A stretch of 64,000 nucleotides of DNA, from IMG/VR virus record IMGVR_UViG_2511231106_000002, positions 1-64,000 of that record. One strand, given 5' to 3'. This document shows, one piece after another, positions 26,235 through 35,880 of this stretch. Position 1 is the stretch's first letter; each line of letters starts with the position of its first letter. The position numbers and the translations under genes are program-made. The notes under the pieces are model-generated. The model searched no databases. It was not told the DNA's origin and was given only the letters and a program-made list of their open reading frames with translations. The stretch comes from a virus (lineage: Duplodnaviria > Caudoviricetes).

Positions 26235-26447
26235 TTACTCGACTTTCAACTCATAGCCATTAAAGCTGATTCTGCCATAGTTCGACGGGATGGCAGCTAC
26301 CGTCACCCGGGAAAGGGCCGCATGACCGCTGTCAGCGGTGACGACCTGTTCCTCGTCGGATGGGACGATGCATCTTTCCTGAAAGTCCCCGGAAGGGGCC
26401 TGGGGCATGGAAAGAATGCCGACAAGGTTGTTCCCCTTATGTGCCAT
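26235..26447 (-). CDS. Small tail-associated protein
   Basis: ADSGHAALSRVTVAAIP motif; coupled to its neighbours. Confidence 0.6.
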   Translation of the reverse strand: MAHKGNNLVGILSMPQAPSGDFQERCIVPSDEEQVVTADSGHAALSRVTVAAIPSNYGRISFNGYELKVE

Positions 26448-26808
26448 TGTCCGTCACGCCCCTTTCCAGGAAAAAAGGCCGGGGCGGAATAAGGGTATCG
26501 GTGTATCCGTTCTCCCGCACCAGCTCCACATCATAGATATAACGGCCGCAGGGAAGGTTCCGGGTATCGTCCGGCCAGAAAACCAGGAAGCACGCCGCCC
26601 CTTCCTGCCGGATGCCCTGTTCCAGTGTCTTGGTCAGGACAGGCTTTTCATCGGCAAAGTTTTGTTTCAGCGTGAACGCCAGCTCATCGTGCTTTCCAGG
26701 GATGAAAGGTTCCCCCGTCACACGGTCGCAAATGACCAGGCGGATTTCTGCCGAATCACCCCTCACAAGGCGGATCCGGTTCTGCACTACAGAGAAGCTC
26801 ATTTCCAT
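26437..26808 (-). CDS. BppU-N-like tail accessory protein
   Basis: IRLVRGDS...PDDTRNLPCGRYIYDVEL. Confidence 0.65.
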   Translation of the reverse strand: MEMSFSVVQNRIRLVRGDSAEIRLVICDRVTGEPFIPGKHDELAFTLKQNFADEKPVLTKTLEQGIRQEGAACFLVFWPDDTRNLPCGRYIYDVELVRENGYTDTLIPPRPFFLERGVTDNGT

Positions 26809-27080
26809 CCCCCCTGTTCCGGCTGCCGCTGTTCCATGGCATCCAGTCTGCGGTGGGCATGTTCTGCCAGGGCTTCCACCCGGGACAGCCGTTCCGCCAT
26901 CTTCTGCCGCTTGGCTTCCGTATCCGACAGCTGGCGGCGAAGTTCTGCGATACAGTCCCGGAGGCTCCGCACCGATTCATTCAGCGGCTTGATGACGCTG
27001 AAATTAAAGATGACGCCGCAGAGCATCAGGACCGATACCAAGGATGCGGCCATCTGTAACCATTCAGCCATATTCCTCAC
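26799..27080 (-). CDS. Membrane coiled-coil protein (XhlA/holin-like)
   Basis: N-terminal TM, coiled coil, AHRRLD motif. Confidence 0.6.
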   Translation of the reverse strand: MRNMAEWLQMAASLVSVLMLCGVIFNFSVIKPLNESVRSLRDCIAELRRQLSDTEAKRQKMAERLSRVEALAEHAHRRLDAMEQRQPEQGGWK

Positions 27081-27083
27081 CTC

Positions 27084-28067
27084 CTAGCCTGTCCGCTGGA
27101 ACATGTACACGACGATGGACGGCTGCATGTTGTTGTGCGGCTGGCCACCACCCGTCCGGGAAAGGCTGTGGGAATGATTCCCATCCCAGGAGGTATGCCC
27201 GTCCACCTGATTCCCATGCCAGCAACCGTCGCCATAACCTACGGCAACAGGTGCATCATTGCCTTCACAGGCATCCCACTGGAAGTTGCGCGGCAATGAC
27301 CCGCAGGACCAGTGACGATGATTTCCGCTGTCTCCGACTGTATGGCCATGAGCCGGAGTTTCTGGAATCGTAAGGTTGTGCTTCTCCTCACCCAGCTTGT
27401 CCCCGGCCTTGTACATGGTTCCGCTGTCTGCCGTACCGGCACCAATCAGGCAGCGGCCCATGGCAAAGGCCACCCAGGTCGTACCCGGCCAGTACGTTGC
27501 CGGATTCTTCCCGTCTGCGGAAATATAGATGGCATTGACAGGGAACGGACAGGCCTGAATCTTAGCCACGGCTTCCTCGTCCATATCGGCGTAGGTGACC
27601 TTGCCCCAGCTGCCATTGCTGTGCAGGACGGTATTCAGCTTCCCGGCTGAAGGTGACGGGACCATGCCGCTCTGGCCTGCCGTCTTTTCGCCGCAACCGC
27701 TGAAATCTGGCAGGGTGATATCCTTCGTGCCATCAAAGACAACCCGGTGAATCTTCCGCCCCGTCTGCAGCTTCGACGCACTGGCCGCATTGCCGCTGAT
27801 GCCGCTGGCATGGGCCTTGGCATCGGTCAGATGGGCATTGATGTCGGCTGCCGTAGCGGAAATCCGCTCATAGAGCCGGGCATCATTACTGACCAGCTGG
27901 GACACGGTCTTGTTCTGCTGATTGAAGACGACCGGGTCTTCTGAAAGATATTGAGGGAAAAGCACGTCATAATCCAGCGTATTCTCCACAGCTTCTGTGG
28001 GCCGGACTTCCTGTCCGGCACGGTCCGGGAAGTCGGCAGACCATTTCTCTTTGCTGTAATCATCCAT
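27084..28067 (-). CDS. Tail fibre protein with gp53-like tip
   Basis: ASKLQTGRKI..V.FDGTKDI, FPVNAIY, GEEKHNLTIPETPAHGH, HNNMQPSIVVYMFQRTG. Confidence 0.85.
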   Translation of the reverse strand: MDDYSKEKWSADFPDRAGQEVRPTEAVENTLDYDVLFPQYLSEDPVVFNQQNKTVSQLVSNDARLYERISATAADINAHLTDAKAHASGISGNAASASKLQTGRKIHRVVFDGTKDITLPDFSGCGEKTAGQSGMVPSPSAGKLNTVLHSNGSWGKVTYADMDEEAVAKIQACPFPVNAIYISADGKNPATYWPGTTWVAFAMGRCLIGAGTADSGTMYKAGDKLGEEKHNLTIPETPAHGHTVGDSGNHRHWSCGSLPRNFQWDACEGNDAPVAVGYGDGCWHGNQVDGHTSWDGNHSHSLSRTGGGQPHNNMQPSIVVYMFQRTG

Positions 28068-28626
28068 TTGTCATCACTCCTTTTTGGGATACGATGGTTG
28101 CCGTCGAGAAGGTGGCTTCTCCGTTCCAGTGAATCTTGCCATTCCAGGAATAACCCAGGTAGATGGCGTATCCCAGATGGGCCGGCTTGTAGATGTTGAG
28201 CTGCGTGATGAGCTTCTGCAAGGTCGTGGTATCTTTGTCGTTCATGATGCAGTACACCTTGAAGTAATACTCCTCATTGACTTCCTCGATATGGCCGGCA
28301 CTGTAGAGATTAATGATGGAGTTCATGAAATCTTTCGTAGACACATCCACGTGCTGCAGCTTGAAAAGGATCCGCTGCCTGCGGAATTCGTCGCTATCTC
28401 CGTCACCGGGCTTGATGCCCAGGAACGATTCATAAAGCGGCAGCGCCCAGGTGGCGGTGTTCACGAAGAAGTTGTCCGCCAGGTCCTGCAGAGCCAGGCG
28501 CAGACGGTCATGCTCCTCATTGCAGGTTTCTGCCGCGCAGTGGAACATCGGGTCTTTGGATAAGAAATTCGGCAAATACTTCAGGATATCCATCCGGCTC
28601 TGCCGCATCCAGTCATTGGCTGACAA
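28060..28626 (-). CDS. YmfQ/XkdU-like baseplate protein
   Basis: FFVNTATWAL..YE..LGI, KPAHL. Confidence 0.88.
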   Translation of the reverse strand: MSANDWMRQSRMDILKYLPNFLSKDPMFHCAAETCNEEHDRLRLALQDLADNFFVNTATWALPLYESFLGIKPGDGDSDEFRRQRILFKLQHVDVSTKDFMNSIINLYSAGHIEEVNEEYYFKVYCIMNDKDTTTLQKLITQLNIYKPAHLGYAIYLGYSWNGKIHWNGEATFSTATIVSQKGVMTNG

Positions 28627-29680
28627 GGTTCAGCACCACCTTCCCTGCCACGGGGATCTGCTCGTTCGTCAGTTCCACGTTGGCCGCTTTTCCATTAAGC
28701 TTCAAATCCTTATAATCCGTAATGCCGCTGATGGAAAGGAGGAGTTTCCCCATCTGGGCCAGGCTGACATAAGAAAGCGTGAAGCCCGTCTGCTTGAGAT
28801 AGGCTGTCATGGCTGCCTTTACGGCATCAGGGCTGGCTGTGCCATAGACATCTGCCGTCAAATCAATGGATAATGGTGCCGGCGAAACGACGGTCACGGT
28901 CGCACCGATAGGCCGCTGGCTTTCGATGTAGTTATAGACCTCCTGGATCAGTTCAGCCGATGCCGATTCATTCTCTGCCGTGACGATAATGACCTTCACC
29001 GTGCCATTGCCCTGCCAGAGCGGGATGACTTTGCAGTTCTCGACGCCATCGACAGACATGGCCCAGTCACGATAATGATTCGCATTGCCCGAGGTGATAG
29101 GCTGGCGCACCCGGAACAGGAGCCGGGCAAGGAGTGCGTCATCCGTTTCTTCATCCGCCCCATCGGTGCATTTCTTATGGTTAACGACTGCCGAGATATT
29201 CGGGATGGAATAGGGGATTTCTGTAATCGTTCCTTCGGCCACATTGCCACTCGCCCCGGCATCGGCAGCTTCCACGGGAATCGTAACCTCAGCGGCATCG
29301 GCAGGAATGGTGGCCGACTCCAGGGTATAAAATCGCTGGCCGTCTTTTGTCTGGAAGAGACTGCTGCGAATGATGTAGGCTCCTGCCATCCCCGTCACCG
29401 TAACTTCTCCTTTGGCCTTGACGGCTTTCTTGCGATCGACGCCAAATTCCGCTGCCCGCAGCGTCAGGTAGTCGCCCCAGGACGTTTCGGCAAAGGCCGC
29501 GTCGCGCAACATGGCCAGCTCGGCATAGCTGCTCTCAAATTCCACAGCATTGGCGTCGATCAGGTCGCGGGCAAAGGTGCCTTCCATGGTACTTTGCTCT
29601 TTTTCCGTAATGGTGTGCAGGGTCTGGGCCATGCGGCTCTCAATCACATCTTTGGTCTGTGCATCAAATAAATTGCTCAT
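28613..29680 (-). CDS. Baseplate J/gp47 (XkdT-like)
   Basis: DGADEETD, SGNANHYRDWA, GNGTVKV, RPIGATVTV. Confidence 0.92.
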   Translation of the reverse strand: MSNLFDAQTKDVIESRMAQTLHTITEKEQSTMEGTFARDLIDANAVEFESSYAELAMLRDAAFAETSWGDYLTLRAAEFGVDRKKAVKAKGEVTVTGMAGAYIIRSSLFQTKDGQRFYTLESATIPADAAEVTIPVEAADAGASGNVAEGTITEIPYSIPNISAVVNHKKCTDGADEETDDALLARLLFRVRQPITSGNANHYRDWAMSVDGVENCKVIPLWQGNGTVKVIIVTAENESASAELIQEVYNYIESQRPIGATVTVVSPAPLSIDLTADVYGTASPDAVKAAMTAYLKQTGFTLSYVSLAQMGKLLLSISGITDYKDLKLNGKAANVELTNEQIPVAGKVVLNLVSQ

Positions 29681-30135
29681 GCCTCGCTCCTTCCTGCCGT
29701 CACGGTCAATGATTCGTCACTGTAAATGGAAGTGACGTCAACCGTAATGGCCAAGTCATCCCGTTCCCGCTTCTCCACCTCGATATGGTTAATGCGGGCA
29801 ATGTACGGATTCACCATCAATCCCTCACGGATATTCTGGCAAATCCTGTCTGCCGTATACTGGCTGTTTGGCGCTCTCCCCTGATACGGCTCGATGGTAA
29901 TGCCATAGCTGTCATCATAGGCCAAGTAGCGATACCGCTCGGTGAGGATTGCCTTATAAATCCAGACCTTGAGGGCTTCATTTTCTGTCACCATCAGGTT
30001 CTGGCCTTTTTCATCGTAGCGGAAGCACTGCTTATCAAAGTCATAGCCGTATTCTACGAAAAGAGGCAGCGACTCATTCCGGTTCGCTGCCTGGATGCTG
30101 TTCATTGCTACAAAAGGATCAGCCATGGCCATCAA
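29677..30135 (-). CDS. DUF2634/XkdS-like baseplate protein
   Basis: EALKVWIYKAILTERYRYLAY..YG. Confidence 0.88.
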   Translation of the reverse strand: MMAMADPFVAMNSIQAANRNESLPLFVEYGYDFDKQCFRYDEKGQNLMVTENEALKVWIYKAILTERYRYLAYDDSYGITIEPYQGRAPNSQYTADRICQNIREGLMVNPYIARINHIEVEKRERDDLAITVDVTSIYSDESLTVTAGRSEA

Positions 30136-30538
30136 TCCTCACAATCTCATCCAAAATAATGTACTGCTGAATCCGGTCGTTGATGAGCATGGGCATGATG
30201 GCCACGTACATGCCGGGCTTCAGCGTATCCGTATAGATGACGGAATCGGTGTAGGCATTATCGATATCATGATTATGGGACTGGTAAGCCGCATCGCCGC
30301 TGCCGCCGGCACGGTTCTGTGTCGCCGATACCAGATGGCCTTTAGCCGTGCGGCCATAACCTGCCAGGAGATAATGGGAAATCCACAGCTCCTCTTTCGT
30401 CAGGATGATGCCGTTGTAACGGACTTTAATCTCTGGCGGCGAAGCAAGGATCTGCCCGATTTGAATGTCCGGGCTATTGCTGCTGCGGCTGACCTGCTCC
30501 ATCAGATTCAGCAGGCTGATATACGGATTTTTCTGCAT
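30119..30538 (-). CDS. DUF2577/XkdR-like spike protein
   Basis: IGQILASPP.IKV, LKPG.YV..MP...QQYIILD. Confidence 0.82.
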   Translation of the reverse strand: MQKNPYISLLNLMEQVSRSSNSPDIQIGQILASPPEIKVRYNGIILTKEELWISHYLLAGYGRTAKGHLVSATQNRAGGSGDAAYQSHNHDIDNAYTDSVIYTDTLKPGMYVAIMPMLINDRIQQYIILDEIVRIDGHG

Positions 30539-30544
30539 CTCCTG

Positions 30545-32074
30545 TCACCCCCTCGATGTCTTGATGATGGTCGCCGGATAATAGTCGCTCCCCATATCGA
30601 TGCTGCCTTCGTAGTGATGAAAACAGCCATAGACATTGGAGCTGTTGCCCCAGCAGCCGCCGCTTCCGTCATAGACGACGACATGCCAGTTCGGGTCCGG
30701 CTTGCTGTAGCGGTTGTACATGATGATGTCGCCCTTTTCGAGCTGCGACGGGTCATAAGGGATAGCCATACCCTGCGCTTCGGCATCGGCGCGCAGCTGG
30801 TCGCAGCCTTTCACGCCATTGTTATATTCCTGCGCTACAAAAGGGGAATAGCCCGCCGCAGCGATGGTCGCCCGGTCGACACAGCCTTCTGAGCCATAGG
30901 GAGAAACGGTACCCTCGAAATTGGCCATGCACGCATCGACCACACTGCTGCCAGCGATAGCGCCACCTGCAGGAACAGAAGATGTCGATTCCGTTTCCGC
31001 TGGCGGCACATAGTCTGGGTTGGCATTGTACGATGTACTGTCCAGTTCCTGTTTCTGCTCATCCAGCAGTTTGTTGAATACCAGATGCAGCTCCATCAGG
31101 TGCTTGTTGCCTTCGATTTTATGGCTGTCCGACTTGATGAAGAACTGGCCCTTGAGCTGTTCTTCCTGGACTGAGACAGAAAGCCCAGCGATGCACTGGA
31201 TATGACCGATGGCCCGGATGGACATGTCATGGGCGACGGTCTTCAGCATGGCCCTTGCCTGCGAGGCATCGTCCTGCTTAGGGTCGGCCTTGCAAATGGC
31301 CTGGATGAGACCAAATTTCTGGATGTCTGTAGTATTGGGCAGCTCCCCCTTCGTCTGTCCCGTACTGTCAACGACGACCACTTTCGATACCATGTCTTCC
31401 ACCGATTCAGAAACAGACGCGCCCGTCAGATTCGTCACATCGCTGATCAGGAAGTCCCCCACCACCTGGTCATTCATGCAGACCACGTTGAGCTTCCCTT
31501 CGGTCATGTAGATATGGTATCCCTTTCCATCCTGTGCAGACTGATAGGATAATGCCTGCTTGATAGCCTCCGTAGCCGAGATATCATCGGCAATGAAATT
31601 GCAGGTGACGGGCAGGTCGGGAATAGTCCCGGCCGGAATAGAAAAGTCATTGATGGTCTGGCGGATGGCGTCGGCCACTGTGACGTTCGTGTACTTCTTG
31701 GTCATGCGGGACTTGGCCAGATAGACGATATTGTCAAAGGCTGTAAAATGCATCACGGAAGAGCCGCTCTCCCGGCTGCGGCCAAAAATACGTCCCTGGA
31801 ACAGGTGGACAGTCTGCTGCGTCTTATCGTCAATGTGGATAAACAGCACCTCGTCCCCCAGTTCCAGTTCCGGATTCTGCCAAGATTTATCCCGTGTCGT
31901 ATAGGCCAGGTCGAATTCCAGCCTGCGTCCGGCCTGCTCGACGTCCCCGGACCAAGTTGCACAAATCAGCCAGCCCGTAAGGTCTGCGTTCTCGGGCTTT
32001 TTCTGGCCTTCCGTCTGAGCATCCTCGGTATTGCTTTTCTTATTGATTCTTTGCAACTGGAACATTTTCATCAT
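30545..32074 (-). CDS. XkdQ-like baseplate hub fused to a C-terminal NlpC/P60-CHAP-like domain
   Basis: WSGDVEQAGRRLEF, FDNIVYL; C-terminal GCVD...KGDII.Y...HVVVY. Confidence 0.8.
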   Translation of the reverse strand: MMKMFQLQRINKKSNTEDAQTEGQKKPENADLTGWLICATWSGDVEQAGRRLEFDLAYTTRDKSWQNPELELGDEVLFIHIDDKTQQTVHLFQGRIFGRSRESGSSVMHFTAFDNIVYLAKSRMTKKYTNVTVADAIRQTINDFSIPAGTIPDLPVTCNFIADDISATEAIKQALSYQSAQDGKGYHIYMTEGKLNVVCMNDQVVGDFLISDVTNLTGASVSESVEDMVSKVVVVDSTGQTKGELPNTTDIQKFGLIQAICKADPKQDDASQARAMLKTVAHDMSIRAIGHIQCIAGLSVSVQEEQLKGQFFIKSDSHKIEGNKHLMELHLVFNKLLDEQKQELDSTSYNANPDYVPPAETESTSSVPAGGAIAGSSVVDACMANFEGTVSPYGSEGCVDRATIAAAGYSPFVAQEYNNGVKGCDQLRADAEAQGMAIPYDPSQLEKGDIIMYNRYSKPDPNWHVVVYDGSGGCWGNSSNVYGCFHHYEGSIDMGSDYYPATIIKTSRG

Positions 32075-32774
32075 TCCTTTTGAGGTTCATCGTCGTCAGG
32101 CGGATGATATCCCCGGGCGAAAGACCGCCGTTACGGACGATGCTGCGATAGATCTGGAACTTCGAGAACTGCTCATTGTTGAGCGTCACCGATTTCCCCA
32201 CGGCCCGGCCGATGACGTTGCCGATGCTGTCACCGGGATAATAGGTGATGTTCTTCTTCATCTTCGACCAGAACGATTCCGGCCGCTTCTTCAGCCCTGT
32301 CGCAGCATCGGTCTTTCCCGTCTCTGGTGCTGTGACGTAGCGGTACTCCGTCAGGCCCAGCTCGTAATAGACATCGCCGCTGCCGTCCTTTTCACCAAAC
32401 TTGAAGGACGAAATCAGGCAGGGCATGGAAAGCGGCGTATCCGACACCGTCAGCTGACAGACGCTGTCACCGGTACGCATCGTTTCCAGTTGGGCGATGT
32501 ATGTATAAGGCGCAAGGCCCATCATGGCAAAGGGATAATCCTGTGCTGGGAAAAATCCGGAAAGGGTCAGTGTCCTGAATCCCGTCTTTCCCATCATGAG
32601 GTAGTCGCCGAAGTTATTGATGTTCACCGTGCCATGATTCGTATTGACAGATACCATCAGCTCCGAAGGCAGGACGGGAAAGACCACCGCTGCCGATTCA
32701 GAAGAGAGAGAAATCGTGAGGGAAGATGCAGCCTGGCCGATGGCGTTCAACAGAGATGCTAAGAAAGAACTCAT
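32040..32774 (-). CDS. XkdP-like tail tube initiator
   Basis: FPVLPSEL, LSGFFP, DGSGDVYYELGLTEYR. Confidence 0.8.
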   Translation of the reverse strand: MSSFLASLLNAIGQAASSLTISLSSESAAVVFPVLPSELMVSVNTNHGTVNINNFGDYLMMGKTGFRTLTLSGFFPAQDYPFAMMGLAPYTYIAQLETMRTGDSVCQLTVSDTPLSMPCLISSFKFGEKDGSGDVYYELGLTEYRYVTAPETGKTDAATGLKKRPESFWSKMKKNITYYPGDSIGNVIGRAVGKSVTLNNEQFSKFQIYRSIVRNGGLSPGDIIRLTTMNLKRNDENVPVAKNQ

Positions 32775-34894
32775 CAGAGGGTCGCTCCTTTCATGCGGTT
32801 CATGCCGTACAGTCTCATTTTTTCGACGAGTTTTTCAGCGACGGCGTCGATGTCCTGCTCGCTGCGGACGTTCATCGTATCAATGCAGATGGTGATGCCG
32901 CCGCTGCCGGCGTTCATGGCCTGACGGATGCTTTCATCATGAGGTATGACCGTACTGCCGTTGGGCAGGTGTACCAGCTCGCCCCGGCGGTCTTCATTGA
33001 TGACGGCAAAGCCGCCACGAAAGTTCTCGACACCGCTTTCAAAGTGGCTGATACTTGGGATATCAAATCCCACATGGGTCGGCGCCCCTCCCGTCAGGGA
33101 CGGAATGTCGATAGACAGGCCGTTGATGCTGGAAATCAGGCCGTTCACCTGGTCGATGACCCAGTTCACACCGCTGCGAAAGGTGTCCTTGATGCTTTCC
33201 CAGATACTGGAGGCCGTCTCGCTGATGCCGTTCATGGCTCCGTCCCAGGCAGAACTGATCCAGTTCATCCCTGCATCGACGGCGTCCGATACAGCCTGTA
33301 TAGCCTGTTCGATATAATGCGACACGGTATCCCAGTTCCTCCACAGAAGGTACAAGGCAGCAATAATCGCGGCAATGATGATAATGATGGGATTGGCCAT
33401 GGCTGCGGCGCCTACGGCACGGATGATGGTGATCATCATGCGTCCGGCAGTCAGAAAGGTACTGCCCATGCCCCTGGCCACGATGGCAATGCCCCGGCAG
33501 ACCGGAATGAGTCCTTTGAACTGGGTCGAGAGATACTTCGAGACACTGCCGGCTTTGCTAATGCCCGTGGCAATAGAGTTGAAAGTACCAAAAGCCCTGC
33601 CGCCGACCGTCAGCACCCGCCCCAGGGTGGAACCGAAGAGCTGGAAGGTCACGATGCCAAAAGCCACCTGGCCAATCAGCGTTTTCTGTTCCGGTGTAAG
33701 CGCACGAAACCAGGCAGCCAGTTCCTTGACGCGCATCGACATGGCCTTGAAGTACGGCGTAAACGACACTGCTAAATCCATGCCGGCATTCTTCAGCTGG
33801 TTCATGGTAATTTGCATCTGCTCCGACGGGGTCAGCATCTTCTCATAGGCTTCCCGGGTCATGCCGGCAGACTGGGCCATCTGGTCCATGACCTTATCGA
33901 AGTCCCCGGCTCCCTTGCCCGTCAGGACCAGGATGCTGTTCAGGCCCTCGACAGAGCCAAAGAGCTGGGCCATCTGTTCGGCATCGCCGCCTGTCGCCCG
34001 CTTCACTTCGTCCAGGAACTTCACCCAGCCCACGCTCTGCAGATGAGCCGCATTGAACTCAAGGCCAAGGGACTGAGCCAGTTTCGCCGCTTCGGCAGAC
34101 GGCTTCAGGATGTTGCTGTAAGCCGCCTTGAGTCCGGTAATGGCCTCGCTGGTCCGGATACCGTTCTTGGTCAGGACGGCGATGGAACCGAACAGTTCCT
34201 GGGTACTGACATTGAGCTGTGCCGCAATGGGGATGACATTGCCCATGGACTGGGCCATCTCGCCAAAGGATGTCTTGCCGAAGTTCTGTGCCAGGAGCAT
34301 CTGGTCCGTCACCGCCGTGGCTTCTTCTGCCGATTTTCCATAGGCATTGAGGACCGTGGTCACACCGTTAACGGCAGTCGTCGTGTCGGTGAAGCCGGCT
34401 TTCGCAGCAATTGTCATGTCTTTGACAAAGCCCACGGCATGGGCCGCATCGACACCAGCGGAAATGGCCTGGTAGACCGATTCCGAAAGATCAGCGACAC
34501 CTGCGCCCGTTTCATCGCTGACAGCACGAATCTCATCACTGACCTTCTGCATGGAAACAACCGTCGTGTCGACCAAAGTCGAAATCTTGGCGATACCGTT
34601 GGCAAAGTCGCTGTGCAGCTTGAAGCCTGCCGTTGCGGCTGCCAGGATGGGGGCTGACAGCAGGGCTATCTTGTCTGATAAGCCGGAAATCTTGCTTCCC
34701 GTCTGCTCGATGCTCTTCGCCGTCCGTTTCTGGATGCGCTCATGCTCCGTCAGCTTGTCCGACAGTCCGCTGACCGATTGTTTCGCCGCCGCCATCTGGG
34801 TCTTCATGGTCCCCAGGCTGGCATTGACGCTATGCACGGTCGGCGTGAACAAATCCCGCAGCCGGATGGCGGCATCGATGACATTATTGGCCAT
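32774..34894 (-). CDS. Tape measure protein
   Basis: 706 aa, Ala-rich; YQAISAG, QNFGKTSF; W-periodic repeats. Confidence 0.9.
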   Translation of the reverse strand: MANNVIDAAIRLRDLFTPTVHSVNASLGTMKTQMAAAKQSVSGLSDKLTEHERIQKRTAKSIEQTGSKISGLSDKIALLSAPILAAATAGFKLHSDFANGIAKISTLVDTTVVSMQKVSDEIRAVSDETGAGVADLSESVYQAISAGVDAAHAVGFVKDMTIAAKAGFTDTTTAVNGVTTVLNAYGKSAEEATAVTDQMLLAQNFGKTSFGEMAQSMGNVIPIAAQLNVSTQELFGSIAVLTKNGIRTSEAITGLKAAYSNILKPSAEAAKLAQSLGLEFNAAHLQSVGWVKFLDEVKRATGGDAEQMAQLFGSVEGLNSILVLTGKGAGDFDKVMDQMAQSAGMTREAYEKMLTPSEQMQITMNQLKNAGMDLAVSFTPYFKAMSMRVKELAAWFRALTPEQKTLIGQVAFGIVTFQLFGSTLGRVLTVGGRAFGTFNSIATGISKAGSVSKYLSTQFKGLIPVCRGIAIVARGMGSTFLTAGRMMITIIRAVGAAAMANPIIIIIAAIIAALYLLWRNWDTVSHYIEQAIQAVSDAVDAGMNWISSAWDGAMNGISETASSIWESIKDTFRSGVNWVIDQVNGLISSINGLSIDIPSLTGGAPTHVGFDIPSISHFESGVENFRGGFAVINEDRRGELVHLPNGSTVIPHDESIRQAMNAGSGGITICIDTMNVRSEQDIDAVAEKLVEKMRLYGMNRMKGATL

Positions 34895-34974
34895 GCTGTT
34901 TCACCTCTCAATGTTGTTACAGATATTAAAAATATAGTAAGATAAAAGAAATCTATCGTTACGGAGGAATTCCA

Positions 34975-35670
34975 ATGCGCTATTTCAATGAAACAGAAAA
35001 AAGATTAGCTGAACGATATCACCATATGGAGCTTGGTACTTGCAAAATCTGTGAAGAATGTCACAAGAAAGAACATTTATCCTTACCGATTGGCTGCTGG
35101 TGCGTAGGTTCCGATTTTAATAAAACTTCCAAGAGAATTCTATTTGTCGGTAAAAATGCCAGAAACAATCCCGGCACGATTGAAGACGGCTTCCGCAATC
35201 CCTTTCAATATACCCGTGAATCTCTGTGGAACAAAAGCTGGCCATATTGGAGCTATACTCGTGCTATCACTCAGAGAATATTCGGTGACGATTCTATAGA
35301 ACACATCGCATTTACCAATATTGTCAAATGCAACAATTCCGGAGGAAAGGATACTACCTCAGATTTTGTAAAATCCAACTGTATCCTAAACCTAAAAGTC
35401 CTTCAGCAGGAATTAAAGGTAATACATCCTACTCATATCATTTTTTATACATCTTGGTATTATGACGATTACATCCCTAACGTTTTTGACCGTTATAATA
35501 TTCATTACAACGGTTTTAAAGACATTGGGAAAAGAAAAATGCCCTGGCAGGAAGCCATTTCCACCCTGGGCAATCAAACCTTTCATGTACTACGTGTCGG
35601 CCACCCACAATGCAAGAAAAAAAGCGACTTCGTCTATGAAATATCTAAGTGGCTTGAGCCTGCCTTATGA
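34975..35670 (+). CDS. Uracil-DNA glycosylase-superfamily protein (moron)
   Basis: ILFVGKN, AFTNIVKC, QELKVIHP..IIF, VGHP; AT-rich and antisense to the tail operon. Confidence 0.65.
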   Translation: MRYFNETEKRLAERYHHMELGTCKICEECHKKEHLSLPIGCWCVGSDFNKTSKRILFVGKNARNNPGTIEDGFRNPFQYTRESLWNKSWPYWSYTRAITQRIFGDDSIEHIAFTNIVKCNNSGGKDTTSDFVKSNCILNLKVLQQELKVIHPTHIIFYTSWYYDDYIPNVFDRYNIHYNGFKDIGKRKMPWQEAISTLGNQTFHVLRVGHPQCKKKSDFVYEISKWLEPAL

Positions 35671-35700
35671 CTTTATGGCAGATAGCCGTATTTTCAGCAG

Positions 35701-35880
35701 TTAATCCGATAATGCTGAAGATACTTTTTTATCGCGTTCTTCCATCTCATAGCGGATGAAAGCATACAGCACCTGCCGTTCGCCGTATCCCAGTTTCATG
35801 ACCGCTGACGGCAGCAGGTGATGCTCCCGGAACAGGAGATACATTGCCTGCACTTCGCCATCGGTCCGGATCAGTTTTTT
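35701..35880 (-). CDS. -1 frameshift extension of the tail assembly chaperone
   Basis: Slippery A-AAA-AAC at 35880-35874; the -1 frame KLIRTDGEVQAMYLLFREHHLLPS...SALSD* is open to 35701. Confidence 0.75.
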   Translation of the reverse strand, partial: KKLIRTDGEVQAMYLLFREHHLLPSAVMKLGYGERQVLYAFIRYEMEERDKKVSSALSD

